From Nitrospinaceae bacterium (GTDB lineage Bacteria; Nitrospinota; Nitrospinia; Nitrospinales; JACRGP01): a stretch of DNA of 64,000 nucleotides. This document shows, piece by piece, positions 16,843 to 25,729 of this stretch. A program made the translations under genes and the position numbers. A model generated the notes under the pieces. That model searched no databases. It was not told the origin of the DNA and saw nothing but the letters and a program-made list of their open reading frames with translations. Every line of letters starts with the position of its first letter. Positions within the stretch are counted from its first letter, which is position 1. Where the stretch lies: NCBI GenBank assembly GCA_029261555.1, contig JAJDBB010000095.1:33511-97510 (forward strand), given 5' to 3'.

Positions 16843-16997
16843 TTAAAAAGTTAAACTTAAGCCTAGAATGCCTATTCCTTTCAGTTTGAAACAAAAAGAA
16901 AATAAAAGTCTAGTCTTGATATGAAAAAAAAACAATCACTTTTACCATTTCCATCAAGAATTTCCGGAATGAGACAATACCACTGCTTGGACTGCGG

Positions 16998-17270
16998 TTA
17001 ACCGCTTAATTTAAATAGGTCCTCGTTACCGTCCGCGGGGCAAAAGATCACCTGGAATCCATCATTCAAGGTCATGCGTTTACCGCCGTTGCAGTCTGGG
17101 TCTTCAGCGGGCACCCATTTCTTTACCCCGCCATGGTCCTTTTGTAGCGGCAGGTAATATTTCAAGTATTCATCTTTAGAAGCGAAATGGTACTTCACAC
17201 CGGACTCGGGTCCCTGCGAACAAGCTCCCAGCCAAAGCGATATTAAAACCGCACAGAATATCGTTCTCAT
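16998..17270 (-). CDS. Small lipoprotein of unknown function (90 aa)
   Basis: Start MRTIFCAVLISLWLGAC with an LGAC lipobox and a GAGGG RBS. Confidence 0.7.
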   Translation of the reverse strand: MRTIFCAVLISLWLGACSQGPESGVKYHFASKDEYLKYYLPLQKDHGGVKKWVPAEDPDCNGGKRMTLNDGFQVIFCPADGNEDLFKLSG

Positions 17271-17519
17271 AGAAACCCTCCCGAAAGTATTGTCACGTTC
17301 ACCTATCCATTTAAATAAGTCGGGATCAACATCATTCCCACTATTGTACGTCTTTAAATGATTCTGGACCAAGAGCTGTAAATAAACTAGAGACACATTT
17401 GGTTTATAGTCCTTCGATAAGAATTGTGCAAGTTCAAGTTAAGCGACTCTGATGGGGAATGTTCAAAGGCCAAGCCGCCCCCCAGATAGCCACCCGAACA
17501 CACACCAATGTGCCCGGGG

Positions 17520-17601
17520 AATTGTGGGGAATTTTTGGGGTTTTGGAGGGAGTGGAAAGTATCTCGTAGCTTTTTTTCTCTACGGATCTCCATTCGCTGT
17601 G
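17520..17601. repeat. Diverged ~80-bp direct repeat, copy 1
   Basis: AATTGTGGGGAATTTTTGGGGTTTTGGAG...AAAGTATCTCGTAGCTTTTT aligns with 18797-18878. Confidence 0.7.
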
Positions 17602-17608
17602 GTTGAAA

Positions 17609-18304
17609 TCAGTAAGAAAGTCCCAGCGCTTCCGTAATGAATTTTACGAGCGGGCTCGTAGCCGAGAATGCCTTTCGAACCTCTTTGATGAATTCCGGCT
17701 TTAGCGCTAATGTGGGTTTGACCGTTTGAAGAACAAAAAAGGTTTTACGTTTCAAATCCACAATATGGGGATGGTCCGGATCAAATCCTTTGGGCGGGCG
17801 TTTTAGCCCGTCTCCGTCTACCCCGCCAAACCGCTTCACTAGCGCTCTGTTTTTTATCACCTTTCCCCATTGTTCTGAATTCCTTACAATGGCGGTACGA
17901 ATTTTATTGAGCTCCGGATTGGGGGCCTTCCAGATCCCAGCTCCGAAAAATACTACATCCGGTGCAAGGTGCAAATAGAATCCGGGCGCGTGAGCGTCCT
18001 TGCCTGCTAAATGCCGAAAATGGCAACCCACGTGGTCCTTGTAGGGACGTTTATCCTTTGAGAAGCGTGTGTCCTTGTAGATCCGAAACATTGATCCGCC
18101 ATTCGGCCTTGGGTCGGCGGTATAGTACTCGGAGATTTTGTTCAACGCCGGCTGGATAGTCGTGATGAATTCGCACACGGGGGCGACCACGTTCGAGCGG
18201 TAGCGATCCTTATTGGCATTAAACCACTCTCGATTGTTGTTTTTAGAGAGGTCGGAAAGGAACTCAAAAAGCTCTTTCGGAAACCCTGGAAAGTCTTTTT
18301 TCAT
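17609..18304 (-). CDS. DUF2461 / TIGR02453 family protein
   Basis: FLSDLSKNNNREWF, MFRIYKDTRFSKDKRPYK, GFYLHL, LKRPPKGFDPDHP. Start ATG at 18304. Confidence 0.92.
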   Translation of the reverse strand: MKKDFPGFPKELFEFLSDLSKNNNREWFNANKDRYRSNVVAPVCEFITTIQPALNKISEYYTADPRPNGGSMFRIYKDTRFSKDKRPYKDHVGCHFRHLAGKDAHAPGFYLHLAPDVVFFGAGIWKAPNPELNKIRTAIVRNSEQWGKVIKNRALVKRFGGVDGDGLKRPPKGFDPDHPHIVDLKRKTFFVLQTVKPTLALKPEFIKEVRKAFSATSPLVKFITEALGLSY

Positions 18305-18408
18305 TTTTTGTACTGTGAGAAAGTGTTGGGCATTTTCCACAAGTCCCCAGGTTTTCCAAGGTCTACCCAGATGCGATATATCACAACATTTTAATGGAGA
18401 AATTTCAT

Positions 18409-18708
18409 ATGAATATGATATCAGGAAATTTGGTCGGGGGCGATGATGCACACCCTGCCTCAGGTACGATTAAAATTGAAGGAGATGTTCTTAAACTGGT
18501 AGAGGTTCAATTAAGTGAAGCGCCAGACGCCCGGGTCCTCCTTGCCAAAGAATTTGACGAATCCTCGGGTATGCGCTTGGGACCTCTACAGGGTTTCACC
18601 GGAAGCCATGAGTACCCCCTTCCGTCAGGAGTGGACGCCAAGGATTATAATACAGTCCTAATTTGGTGCGATGAATTTAACGTCCCCATTGGGAAAGCAC
18701 AGCTCTAG
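18409..18708 (+). CDS. DM13 domain protein
   Basis: HPASG...APDARVLL...LGPL...G..EYPLP...YNTVLIWCDEFNVPIGKA. GGAGA RBS before the ATG at 18409. Confidence 0.85.
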   Translation: MNMISGNLVGGDDAHPASGTIKIEGDVLKLVEVQLSEAPDARVLLAKEFDESSGMRLGPLQGFTGSHEYPLPSGVDAKDYNTVLIWCDEFNVPIGKAQL

Positions 18709-18796
18709 CCAGAATCTGTGGTGGCAGAGAGAAGTTCAAAACACCAAGCCGACGCCCCAAGGGGGGTCACTCGAACAGGCGCTAAAGCGCTCAAGA

Positions 18797-18878
18797 AATT
18801 GTGGGGGATTTTTAGAAATTTGGAGAATGTAGAAAAGTATCCCTTAGCTTTTTAACTCAATCGGTCCACTTTGCTCTG
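18797..18878. repeat. Diverged ~80-bp direct repeat, copy 2
   Basis: AATTGTGGGGGATTTTTAGAAATTTGGAG...AAAGTATCCCTTAGCTTTTT aligns with 17520-17601. Confidence 0.7.
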
Positions 18879-18983
18879 ACGGCAAACAGACAATCTGACG
18901 CCACTACCCCTTTCTTAAACTTCCCTCTTCTCCCATGTGTCACAATGAGCGGATGTCTTTCACTTAAGAAGAAGAAGGGGTTT

Positions 18984-19304
18984 ATGACCGAACATAATTT
19001 AGGGAAATGGCGCCAAGTTTACTTTGGGCGCGGCAAAACATATACCATTAATGGGCAGCAAATAGCGATGTTTAGCATTGATGGTGAGCTTTTTGCTATT
19101 GACGATGCCTGCCCGCACGTGGGAGCGTCATTGGGAAGCGGCAAATTGGAAGGGAAACTGGTGGCCTGCCCCGCCCACGATTGGCAATTTGACGTCACCA
19201 ATGGAGAATGTATTACTGTCGATAGGTGTGATGATGGGTGTTATGTTGACACTTATCCGGTAAAAATAGAAAACGACGAAATAATTTTAAGCTTGCCTTT
19301 TTAA
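18984..19304 (+). CDS. Rieske [2Fe-2S] ferredoxin (NirD/dioxygenase ferredoxin-like)
   Basis: CPHVG...CPAHDWQF (CxH...CxxH). Likely start is the ATG at 18984 after AAGGGG. Confidence 0.9.
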   Translation: MTEHNLGKWRQVYFGRGKTYTINGQQIAMFSIDGELFAIDDACPHVGASLGSGKLEGKLVACPAHDWQFDVTNGECITVDRCDDGCYVDTYPVKIENDEIILSLPF

Positions 19305-19323
19305 GCTATAAGGATTGGCTACT

Positions 19324-19361
19324 AAAAAGGGTTTACGCCAAGCTGACGTAAACCCTTATTT
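19324..19361. terminator. Intrinsic terminator between the convergent Rieske gene and tRNA-Ala
   Basis: Perfect 11-bp stem AAGGGTTTACG (19327-19337) / CGTAAACCCTT (19347-19357), flanked by A/T tracts. Confidence 0.75.
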
Positions 19362-19364
19362 TAC

Positions 19365-19440
<76 letters not shown>

Positions 19441-19490
19441 TTATTTTTTCTTTATCGCCGACGCTTTTCTTCCTATTGCGGCGGGTCCAA

Positions 19491-19519
19491 ATACTAACGG
19501 ATTTTGTTCCAAGACTCAA
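19491..19519 (-). promoter_or_regulatory. Sigma-70 promoter for tRNA-Ala
   Basis: TTGAGT-N17-TAGTAT followed by a GC-rich discriminator (GGACCCGCCGC), as expected for stable-RNA promoters. Confidence 0.6.
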
Positions 19520-19673
19520 CTCCAATTATTCTCCGCTCGCTCGCTCAAAAAGCCGCGCTTGTCTTCTCATTCAAACTTATTATAATTAACTAACCATTCT
19601 ATTTTTTGTATTTCCTTACATAATTAAAGCCAAACACGGTTCCATTTTTTTATCTCCTGCCGCTTCGCAAACC

Positions 19674-20357
19674 ATGACAAAGCTTAAAAAGAAACTTCGA
19701 AATATATTCATCGCGGGATTATTGATCACCGTTCCCATCGCCTTCACTTATTTTGTTCTCAATTTTTTGTTCAAAAAGCTGGATCAAAATTTGTCGCCGA
19801 TGTTCACCAAGCTCCTGATCTGGGCTGGAGCGCCCATTCCGGAGGGTTTCCAGATTCCCGGCCTGGGACTAGCGATGACGCTGATTTTCATTTTCATCGT
19901 CGGCCTTCTGGCGACCAATTTCTTCGGCAAAAAACTTTTGGAAATCGGCGAGGCTATCGTCGAGCGCATTCCCGTGGTGCGCAGCATTTACACCGGCACC
20001 AAGCAGGTGGTGACGTCGATCGCCAAGGCGGACACTAACGCCTTTCGGCAATGCGTTCTGGTGGAGTTTCCGCGCAAGGGAGTTTACGCCATGGGCTTTG
20101 TTACCGGCGACGCCAAGGGCGAGGTCCAATCGAAAACCGCAAAACATCTGATCAATATCTTCATCCCCACCACCCCCAATCCCACTTCCGGATTCCTGGT
20201 ATTCGCCCCCCAAGACGAGGTTCTTGAATTGAAAATGTCGATTGAGGACGGCATCAAACTCATTATTTCCGGCGGCATCGTCATCCCTCCCTACGATGAA
20301 AATTCTCCCCAGGTCGACGCGCAAAAAGTTAAAGCCATCAAGGATATCCAGGTTTGA
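19674..20357 (+). CDS. DUF502 family membrane protein
   Basis: FIAGLL, IPVVRSIY, VLVEFPRKG, FIPTTPNPTSGFL, ISGG. Confidence 0.92.
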   Translation: MTKLKKKLRNIFIAGLLITVPIAFTYFVLNFLFKKLDQNLSPMFTKLLIWAGAPIPEGFQIPGLGLAMTLIFIFIVGLLATNFFGKKLLEIGEAIVERIPVVRSIYTGTKQVVTSIAKADTNAFRQCVLVEFPRKGVYAMGFVTGDAKGEVQSKTAKHLINIFIPTTPNPTSGFLVFAPQDEVLELKMSIEDGIKLIISGGIVIPPYDENSPQVDAQKVKAIKDIQV

Positions 20358-21034
20358 TCCCGGACCCCGCTCCGCTAAAAATTTTATACGTCGATAATCA
20401 TCTGCTGGCGATCTCTAAACCTTTCGGAATGTTGACCCAAGGAGACTCCAGCGGCGACCCTTGTTTGCTCGACCGGGCGCGCGCCTGGGTCAAACGGGAA
20501 TTCAACAAACCCGGCGAGGCGTTTCTGGGCCTCGTTCACCGGCTGGACCGTCCGGTTGCCGGAGTCGTTTTATTTGCGCGCACTTCCAAAGCGGCAGCCC
20601 GCCTGTCGCTCCAGTTCCGCGAGCGGTCCATTCAAAAAATTTATCTCGCCGCTGTCCATAAACCGGTCGCTCCCGAAAGCGGGGCGCTGACTCATTACCT
20701 GAAAAAAGGCCGGAGCTTGAAGGCTACTGTTTTCCCGAGGGAGGCGCCGGGCGCACAATTAGCGGAGCTGGATTACCAGGTGGTTAAATCCTTACCGGCG
20801 GGAAACGTTCTGGAGGTTCGGCCCAGGACTGGACGCTTCCATCAGATCAGGGCGCAGTTGGCCTTTATCAAACATCCCATCGTCGGCGACGTCAAATACG
20901 GCGCGCCCTCTCCTCTTCCCGAAAATCACATTGCCCTGTTCGCGCAGAAACTGATTTTCCGGCATCCGGTTTCCAAAGAGGAACTGTGCGTCGAAGCGCC
21001 CGTCCCGGAAGGCTGGCCCTTCCTAAACGGCTGA
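20354..21034 (+). CDS. RluA-family pseudouridine synthase
   Basis: KPFG, HRLDRPVAGV with the catalytic Asp, TGRFHQIRAQL, PIVGDVKYG. Confidence 0.93.
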   Translation: MIPDPAPLKILYVDNHLLAISKPFGMLTQGDSSGDPCLLDRARAWVKREFNKPGEAFLGLVHRLDRPVAGVVLFARTSKAAARLSLQFRERSIQKIYLAAVHKPVAPESGALTHYLKKGRSLKATVFPREAPGAQLAELDYQVVKSLPAGNVLEVRPRTGRFHQIRAQLAFIKHPIVGDVKYGAPSPLPENHIALFAQKLIFRHPVSKEELCVEAPVPEGWPFLNG

Positions 21035-21058
21035 CATGCGGAGTTTTTTAAAACGAAT

Positions 21059-24000
21059 TCAGTTTGATGGAGCGGTCGACAGGACGTCCTTTTCAATATC
21101 TCCCTTGCGGATATGCAAACCCAAATCCATGGTGAGGGACATTAAAACGGGGACCAGAAACAGCGTGATCAAGGAGGAAAACGTCAGCCCTCCGATGATC
21201 GCCGCTCCCATCCCCCGGTAAAGCTCTGTCCCGGCTCCTTCCCCAAACGCTAGGGGAATCATTCCAAAAATGCTCGAAATCGCCGTCATCATGATAGGCC
21301 TCAGGCGGGTTTCGCAGGAATGCAACAGAGCCTCGTGCTCTTCCATGCCGTCCTTGATATTGTTCAGCGTCTGGTGAACGATGAGAATCGCGTTGTTCAC
21401 CACGATGCCGGCGAGGATGATGATTCCCAACTGCGTCAATATGTCGAAGGTGATCCAGTTCCAGCCCGCCGCCATTTGCGCGGCGCCGGGGACGTTCCAG
21501 TCCTCTAGTATTCCTCCGATAAAAATCCGTTGCAGTTCGTTGTTGCCGACGATCCCAAGAAAAGCTCCCGACGTGGCGAACACCACGGTCAACATAACGA
21601 TCAGAGGCCGCACGAAAGATTTAAACAAAGCAACCATCAAAAAGTAAATGAACGCCACGGCGTATACGAAGCTTCCCAACAAGGCTTGTTGCGTGGAGCC
21701 CAAGTCGTCCGCCAAGCCGCCCACCTGCAGGCCGTATTCCTCGCTCAAAGATTTTCGTAAAGGGTCGAGTTCTTCGGTCTCCACCCTATCGATGGCAGGT
21801 TGCATGGGCTGGTCTTTTTTCACCTGCACCAACAGGGTGATCGAGCGTTCCTTTTCGATGTGGTCGATTCTTGCGGGACCCGCGTCGACCGACACGTTGG
21901 TCAAATGTCCCAGGTAAGTCATTTTATTTTCGGCGGTCCAGACAGGTAGGGTGAGGTAGTCGTCCAGCGCCAATGGAGTATTTTTGTCCCGCACCAGAAC
22001 GAAGTCGATCGGATCCCCGCGGTCGTTGAATTCCCCTAGATACTTGCCCGCGTTCAGCGCCTCAACGATATCCCCGATCTCCGGCACGCCCAGATTCAAA
22101 CGCGCGTTCTGCTCCCTTTTAGGAACAAACCTCAACTCGGGATTCCCAAACTTGAACTCCGGGCGAACGGAATGAACTCCCGGGTGCGTGGAAATTTTTG
22201 GAATCAATTCCAGCGCCAAACTTTTGAGTTTCAACATGTCCGGCCCCAGAATTTCCACCTTAAACGTTTTGTCCGCCGAGCGAAAAATGGGTCTCTGCGC
22301 GGCGAAGGCAAAGCGATATCCCGGAATCTTGAACAGGTTGGAGCCGACTTCCCTGGACTTCAACGCCATTTTCACTTCCCCCTCTTGCCCTCTTGCCAGC
22401 TCCGGCTCGACTAAGATTCCTCCACCATTGAAGCGGGATGAAAACACCAGAAAGTTGCGACTGACGTCTTCCATTTTCACGATCTCTTTTTCGTAGGGGG
22501 CAAAGTATTCTATATTTTTTTCCACGGGATTCCCCGCCACGGGTTCCATCAACATGAATACCATGTTGCTGTTTCCGAACGGCAGGTAGTCGGAAGCGGG
22601 TAATAAAAGAAAACTCCAATAAAGCGTCCCAAGAGTCAATCCCACGATCCCCGATTTCCAGAAAAACTGCTTAACGCCCTTTCCCAACAAGAAATGCATG
22701 GCGTCAACATAAGCCCGGGCGACTCGTGTTCCTAACAGCGCAACCGGTTTTAAAATCGTTCGATGCAATTCGCCCGAAGAGTAATCCTCTCCGGGTTTCA
22801 GGCGGATGATCAACGGGGTCAGGGTGGGGATGACAGTGAGCGAAACCAGCAGGGACAGGGTGATGCTGGAACTGATGGTGATGGCGATATCGCGGAACAA
22901 CTGTCCGGCTTCTTCCTGGATGAACACCACGGGAAGAAACACGGCGAGCGTGGTGAGCGTAGAGGCAAACACCGCGCCCCCTACTTCAGTCGTTCCATCG
23001 AAAGCGGCGCGCACGGCGCCCTTCTTCATGGCCAGATGCCGGTAAATGTTTTCTAGCACGACGATGGAATTGTCCACCACCATGCCGACGGCAAACGCCA
23101 TTCCCGCCAGGGAAATTATGTTGACGCTACGGCCCAGCAGTTTGAGAATTATGAACACGGAGACCAGACTCAGGGGAATGCTGATTCCAACGATCAAAAC
23201 GGAGCGCACCGATCCCAGGAAAACCAACAGGACGGCGACCGCCAGCAACGCGCCTAATCCGAGGTTGGATTTCACCAGACTCATCGCCTCGAAAATGTAA
23301 TCGACGTCCTGATACACGATTTTAATTTTCAGGGGAATGCCGCGGTTGATGAACTCTTGATTTAGCTTCTCCGCCACCTTGCCTACTTCCCGGCAGGTAT
23401 CGACAACATTGGCCCCGCTTTTGCGAATGATCCCGAAGGCGTTGGAAACCTGGCCGCTGATTTTGACGATGGATTCGCGGCGCTTGAAGCCGTCTACCAC
23501 GCGGGCAAAGTCGCGCACGAAAATGGTTTTGCGTCCGTCGCGTTTCACCACGGCGTTTAAAATATCATCCGGGCTTTTGAATTCTCCCAGAGTCCGAACC
23601 GTGTAATTGCGGTCCGCCTCGTCGTGGAATCCGGCGCGCACATTTTGGTTTTCGTCCCGTAAACTTTCAATCGCCTCCTTGTAGGTAACGTGAAGGCGGG
23701 CCATTGCATAGGGGTCAAACTCCACGCGCATTTCCCTCTCCTCGCCGCCAAAGTGCCAGACCTCGGCCACTCCGTCGACTCTCAGCAAAGCGGGACGCGC
23801 CAAATCCTCCCCCACCTGGAACATGTAATTCTGGTCGAGGTCCGGACTTTTAGGGTGAGCTTTATCGAACACCATCCACATGATCGGACTGGAATTGTCC
23901 GTAGATACCGATTTCAAAGTCGGCTTGTCCGCCACCGGCGGCAGATCCTTCACCTGCTGGAGCTTATTGTTGACGTCGATCATGGAGATTTTCTTGTCCG

Positions 24001-24295
24001 TGCCCCAGTCGAATTCCAATTCGATCTCGCTGGATCCATGCGAGCTTTTGGAGATCATTCTCTTGAGACCTTCGACGGATTCCAACTGGTCCTCCAGGCG
24101 GCGGGTGATGTTTTGCTCCACCTCGCTTGGGGAGAGTCCCAGGTATTTGGTTGTGACCTGTATCAAAGGTTTGTCGACGGTGGGGATCAACTGGCGCGGC
24201 AGGCTTTCGAAACTGAGAACCCCCATGACGGCCAGGAAAACGACGGCAACCACGACGGTGTGGTAGTTGCGTATGGAATACTCGACAAGTTTCAT
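21059..24295 (-). CDS. RND efflux transporter permease (AcrB/AcrD/AcrF family)
   Basis: 1078 aa, GMVVDNSIVVLENI, GIVVNNAIL, RLRPIMMT. Confidence 0.95.
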   Translation of the reverse strand: MKLVEYSIRNYHTVVVAVVFLAVMGVLSFESLPRQLIPTVDKPLIQVTTKYLGLSPSEVEQNITRRLEDQLESVEGLKRMISKSSHGSSEIELEFDWGTDKKISMIDVNNKLQQVKDLPPVADKPTLKSVSTDNSSPIMWMVFDKAHPKSPDLDQNYMFQVGEDLARPALLRVDGVAEVWHFGGEEREMRVEFDPYAMARLHVTYKEAIESLRDENQNVRAGFHDEADRNYTVRTLGEFKSPDDILNAVVKRDGRKTIFVRDFARVVDGFKRRESIVKISGQVSNAFGIIRKSGANVVDTCREVGKVAEKLNQEFINRGIPLKIKIVYQDVDYIFEAMSLVKSNLGLGALLAVAVLLVFLGSVRSVLIVGISIPLSLVSVFIILKLLGRSVNIISLAGMAFAVGMVVDNSIVVLENIYRHLAMKKGAVRAAFDGTTEVGGAVFASTLTTLAVFLPVVFIQEEAGQLFRDIAITISSSITLSLLVSLTVIPTLTPLIIRLKPGEDYSSGELHRTILKPVALLGTRVARAYVDAMHFLLGKGVKQFFWKSGIVGLTLGTLYWSFLLLPASDYLPFGNSNMVFMLMEPVAGNPVEKNIEYFAPYEKEIVKMEDVSRNFLVFSSRFNGGGILVEPELARGQEGEVKMALKSREVGSNLFKIPGYRFAFAAQRPIFRSADKTFKVEILGPDMLKLKSLALELIPKISTHPGVHSVRPEFKFGNPELRFVPKREQNARLNLGVPEIGDIVEALNAGKYLGEFNDRGDPIDFVLVRDKNTPLALDDYLTLPVWTAENKMTYLGHLTNVSVDAGPARIDHIEKERSITLLVQVKKDQPMQPAIDRVETEELDPLRKSLSEEYGLQVGGLADDLGSTQQALLGSFVYAVAFIYFLMVALFKSFVRPLIVMLTVVFATSGAFLGIVGNNELQRIFIGGILEDWNVPGAAQMAAGWNWITFDILTQLGIIILAGIVVNNAILIVHQTLNNIKDGMEEHEALLHSCETRLRPIMMTAISSIFGMIPLAFGEGAGTELYRGMGAAIIGGLTFSSLITLFLVPVLMSLTMDLGLHIRKGDIEKDVLSTAPSN

Positions 24296-25659
24296 CCTGC
24301 TTTTTGCTTTTTCGCCGTAGCATTTTCAGCCGGCGGCGGGGCGCTTGCGGCGGTCGGGGAGTTTTTATTTTTGGATTTCGGGTTGGTGATGAACACCTTC
24401 ACTCCGGGAAACACCGCCCCCGAGCCGCGCAGGACAAGGTCGGCGTCCGCTTTCAACTGATGCGTGAAATCCTCAATCTCCACATAGCCGTCCTTTTCCC
24501 TGAAGGCCTTGACGGGAATCAGATGCGCTCGCTCTTCTTTAATTACGTACACCGCCGAACCTTGCTCCGAAATCGCCAGGGAAACAGATGGAACGTGAAG
24601 CGCCTGCTTCCGCGTTTGAAATTGCATCAAACATTCCAGAGTCAGGCCGGGAAAAATTTTCGGGTCGGGCTTGACCAGGTTGATTTGCACCTGAATGTTC
24701 CCAGAAAAAATGTTGGCGTCTGGAACGACCCTAACGTGTTTTTTTAAATTCTTGTTTTGGTCGAACTTCAAATTCAATTCCGGAATAAAAAATTGAACGT
24801 TCGTGAGCTCGGCCAATTTCCCCCGGTAACTTTGCGGCAATTCGACCACGGCTTTCAACTTTGAGGAACTGATCATCTCCACCAGCGGAGTCCCCGGTTG
24901 AGCCAAAGCGCCCTTCTCGATATTTTTGGAAACAATCACCCCGTCGAACGGCGCCACAATAAGAGTTTTTGACAAATCCAACGCAGCCATAGCGCGCCTC
25001 TTTATGGCAACGTCCAGGTCTGATTTTTTTTGAACGATATCCTCTTCGCGAGACGTTTTCCCCGCCTCCCGCGCCGCCCGGCTGGCCCGCACGGTTTCTT
25101 CCGCCCGTTGCGTCTTGTCCACCGCCTCGTCCAGAACGGAAACGGCGAGCACTCCCTCCTCGGTCAGCTTTTCGGTCCGCCTCTGTTCCTTTAAAGTCAG
25201 ATTCCAGGCGCTTTCATCGGCCTTGACCTGGGCGTCCAGTCGGTCCTGTTCTTCCGGGCGCAGACCTTCCTGAGCTTTTTCATATTCCTTTTCCGCCGCC
25301 GTCCGCTCCGACTCCAATCGCTCCATTTCCAATTCGTATTCACGCGAGTCGATCGCAACCAGAGTTTGACCCGCGCGCGCCCTCTGCCCTTCCTCAATGA
25401 AAACGTCCAGAACCTGCCCGGTGATTTCCGAGGTCAGCGTCACCCGCTTTTCCGATTGAATATTGCCAACCGTGCGGACCCCGTCCACGACGTCCTTGTA
25501 AACGACTTTCCCAATTTGCACCGGCAGAGCCAACTCCCTTTTTTTCGGGAGTTCATTATTCATAGCGGGATCGCTGCAGGCGGAAAGGACGAGACAAAAA
25601 ATTATCGCCGCAAGGGGACGGCAATTTTTCCACTTAAAATTTTTTTTGGTATAATCCAA
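24292..25659 (-). CDS. RND periplasmic adaptor (membrane fusion protein), lipoprotein
   Basis: LSAC lipobox, lipoyl halves EITGQV...EEGQ and IVAPFDGVI, long coiled coil, 4-bp overlap with the RND gene. Confidence 0.93.
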   Translation of the reverse strand: MDYTKKNFKWKNCRPLAAIIFCLVLSACSDPAMNNELPKKRELALPVQIGKVVYKDVVDGVRTVGNIQSEKRVTLTSEITGQVLDVFIEEGQRARAGQTLVAIDSREYELEMERLESERTAAEKEYEKAQEGLRPEEQDRLDAQVKADESAWNLTLKEQRRTEKLTEEGVLAVSVLDEAVDKTQRAEETVRASRAAREAGKTSREEDIVQKKSDLDVAIKRRAMAALDLSKTLIVAPFDGVIVSKNIEKGALAQPGTPLVEMISSSKLKAVVELPQSYRGKLAELTNVQFFIPELNLKFDQNKNLKKHVRVVPDANIFSGNIQVQINLVKPDPKIFPGLTLECLMQFQTRKQALHVPSVSLAISEQGSAVYVIKEERAHLIPVKAFREKDGYVEIEDFTHQLKADADLVLRGSGAVFPGVKVFITNPKSKNKNSPTAASAPPPAENATAKKQKAG

Positions 25660-25729
25660 GGGCGCCTTTTAGAAAGCATTGTTTTTTCTATATATTACAC
25701 GACTTGAGGGATGCTGGCAAAAAGCTTCT

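Noticed and set aside
17387-17593. 68-aa ORF with a GGYLGGGLAFEH segment resembling a membrane-protein tail
   Set aside because: It starts inside the direct repeat, and the similarity is too short to call a gene or pseudogene.
18719-18780. TGGTGGCAGAGAG... as a possible att duplicate of the tRNA-Ala 3' end
   Set aside because: Only 6 nt match exactly, which is not distinguishable from chance.
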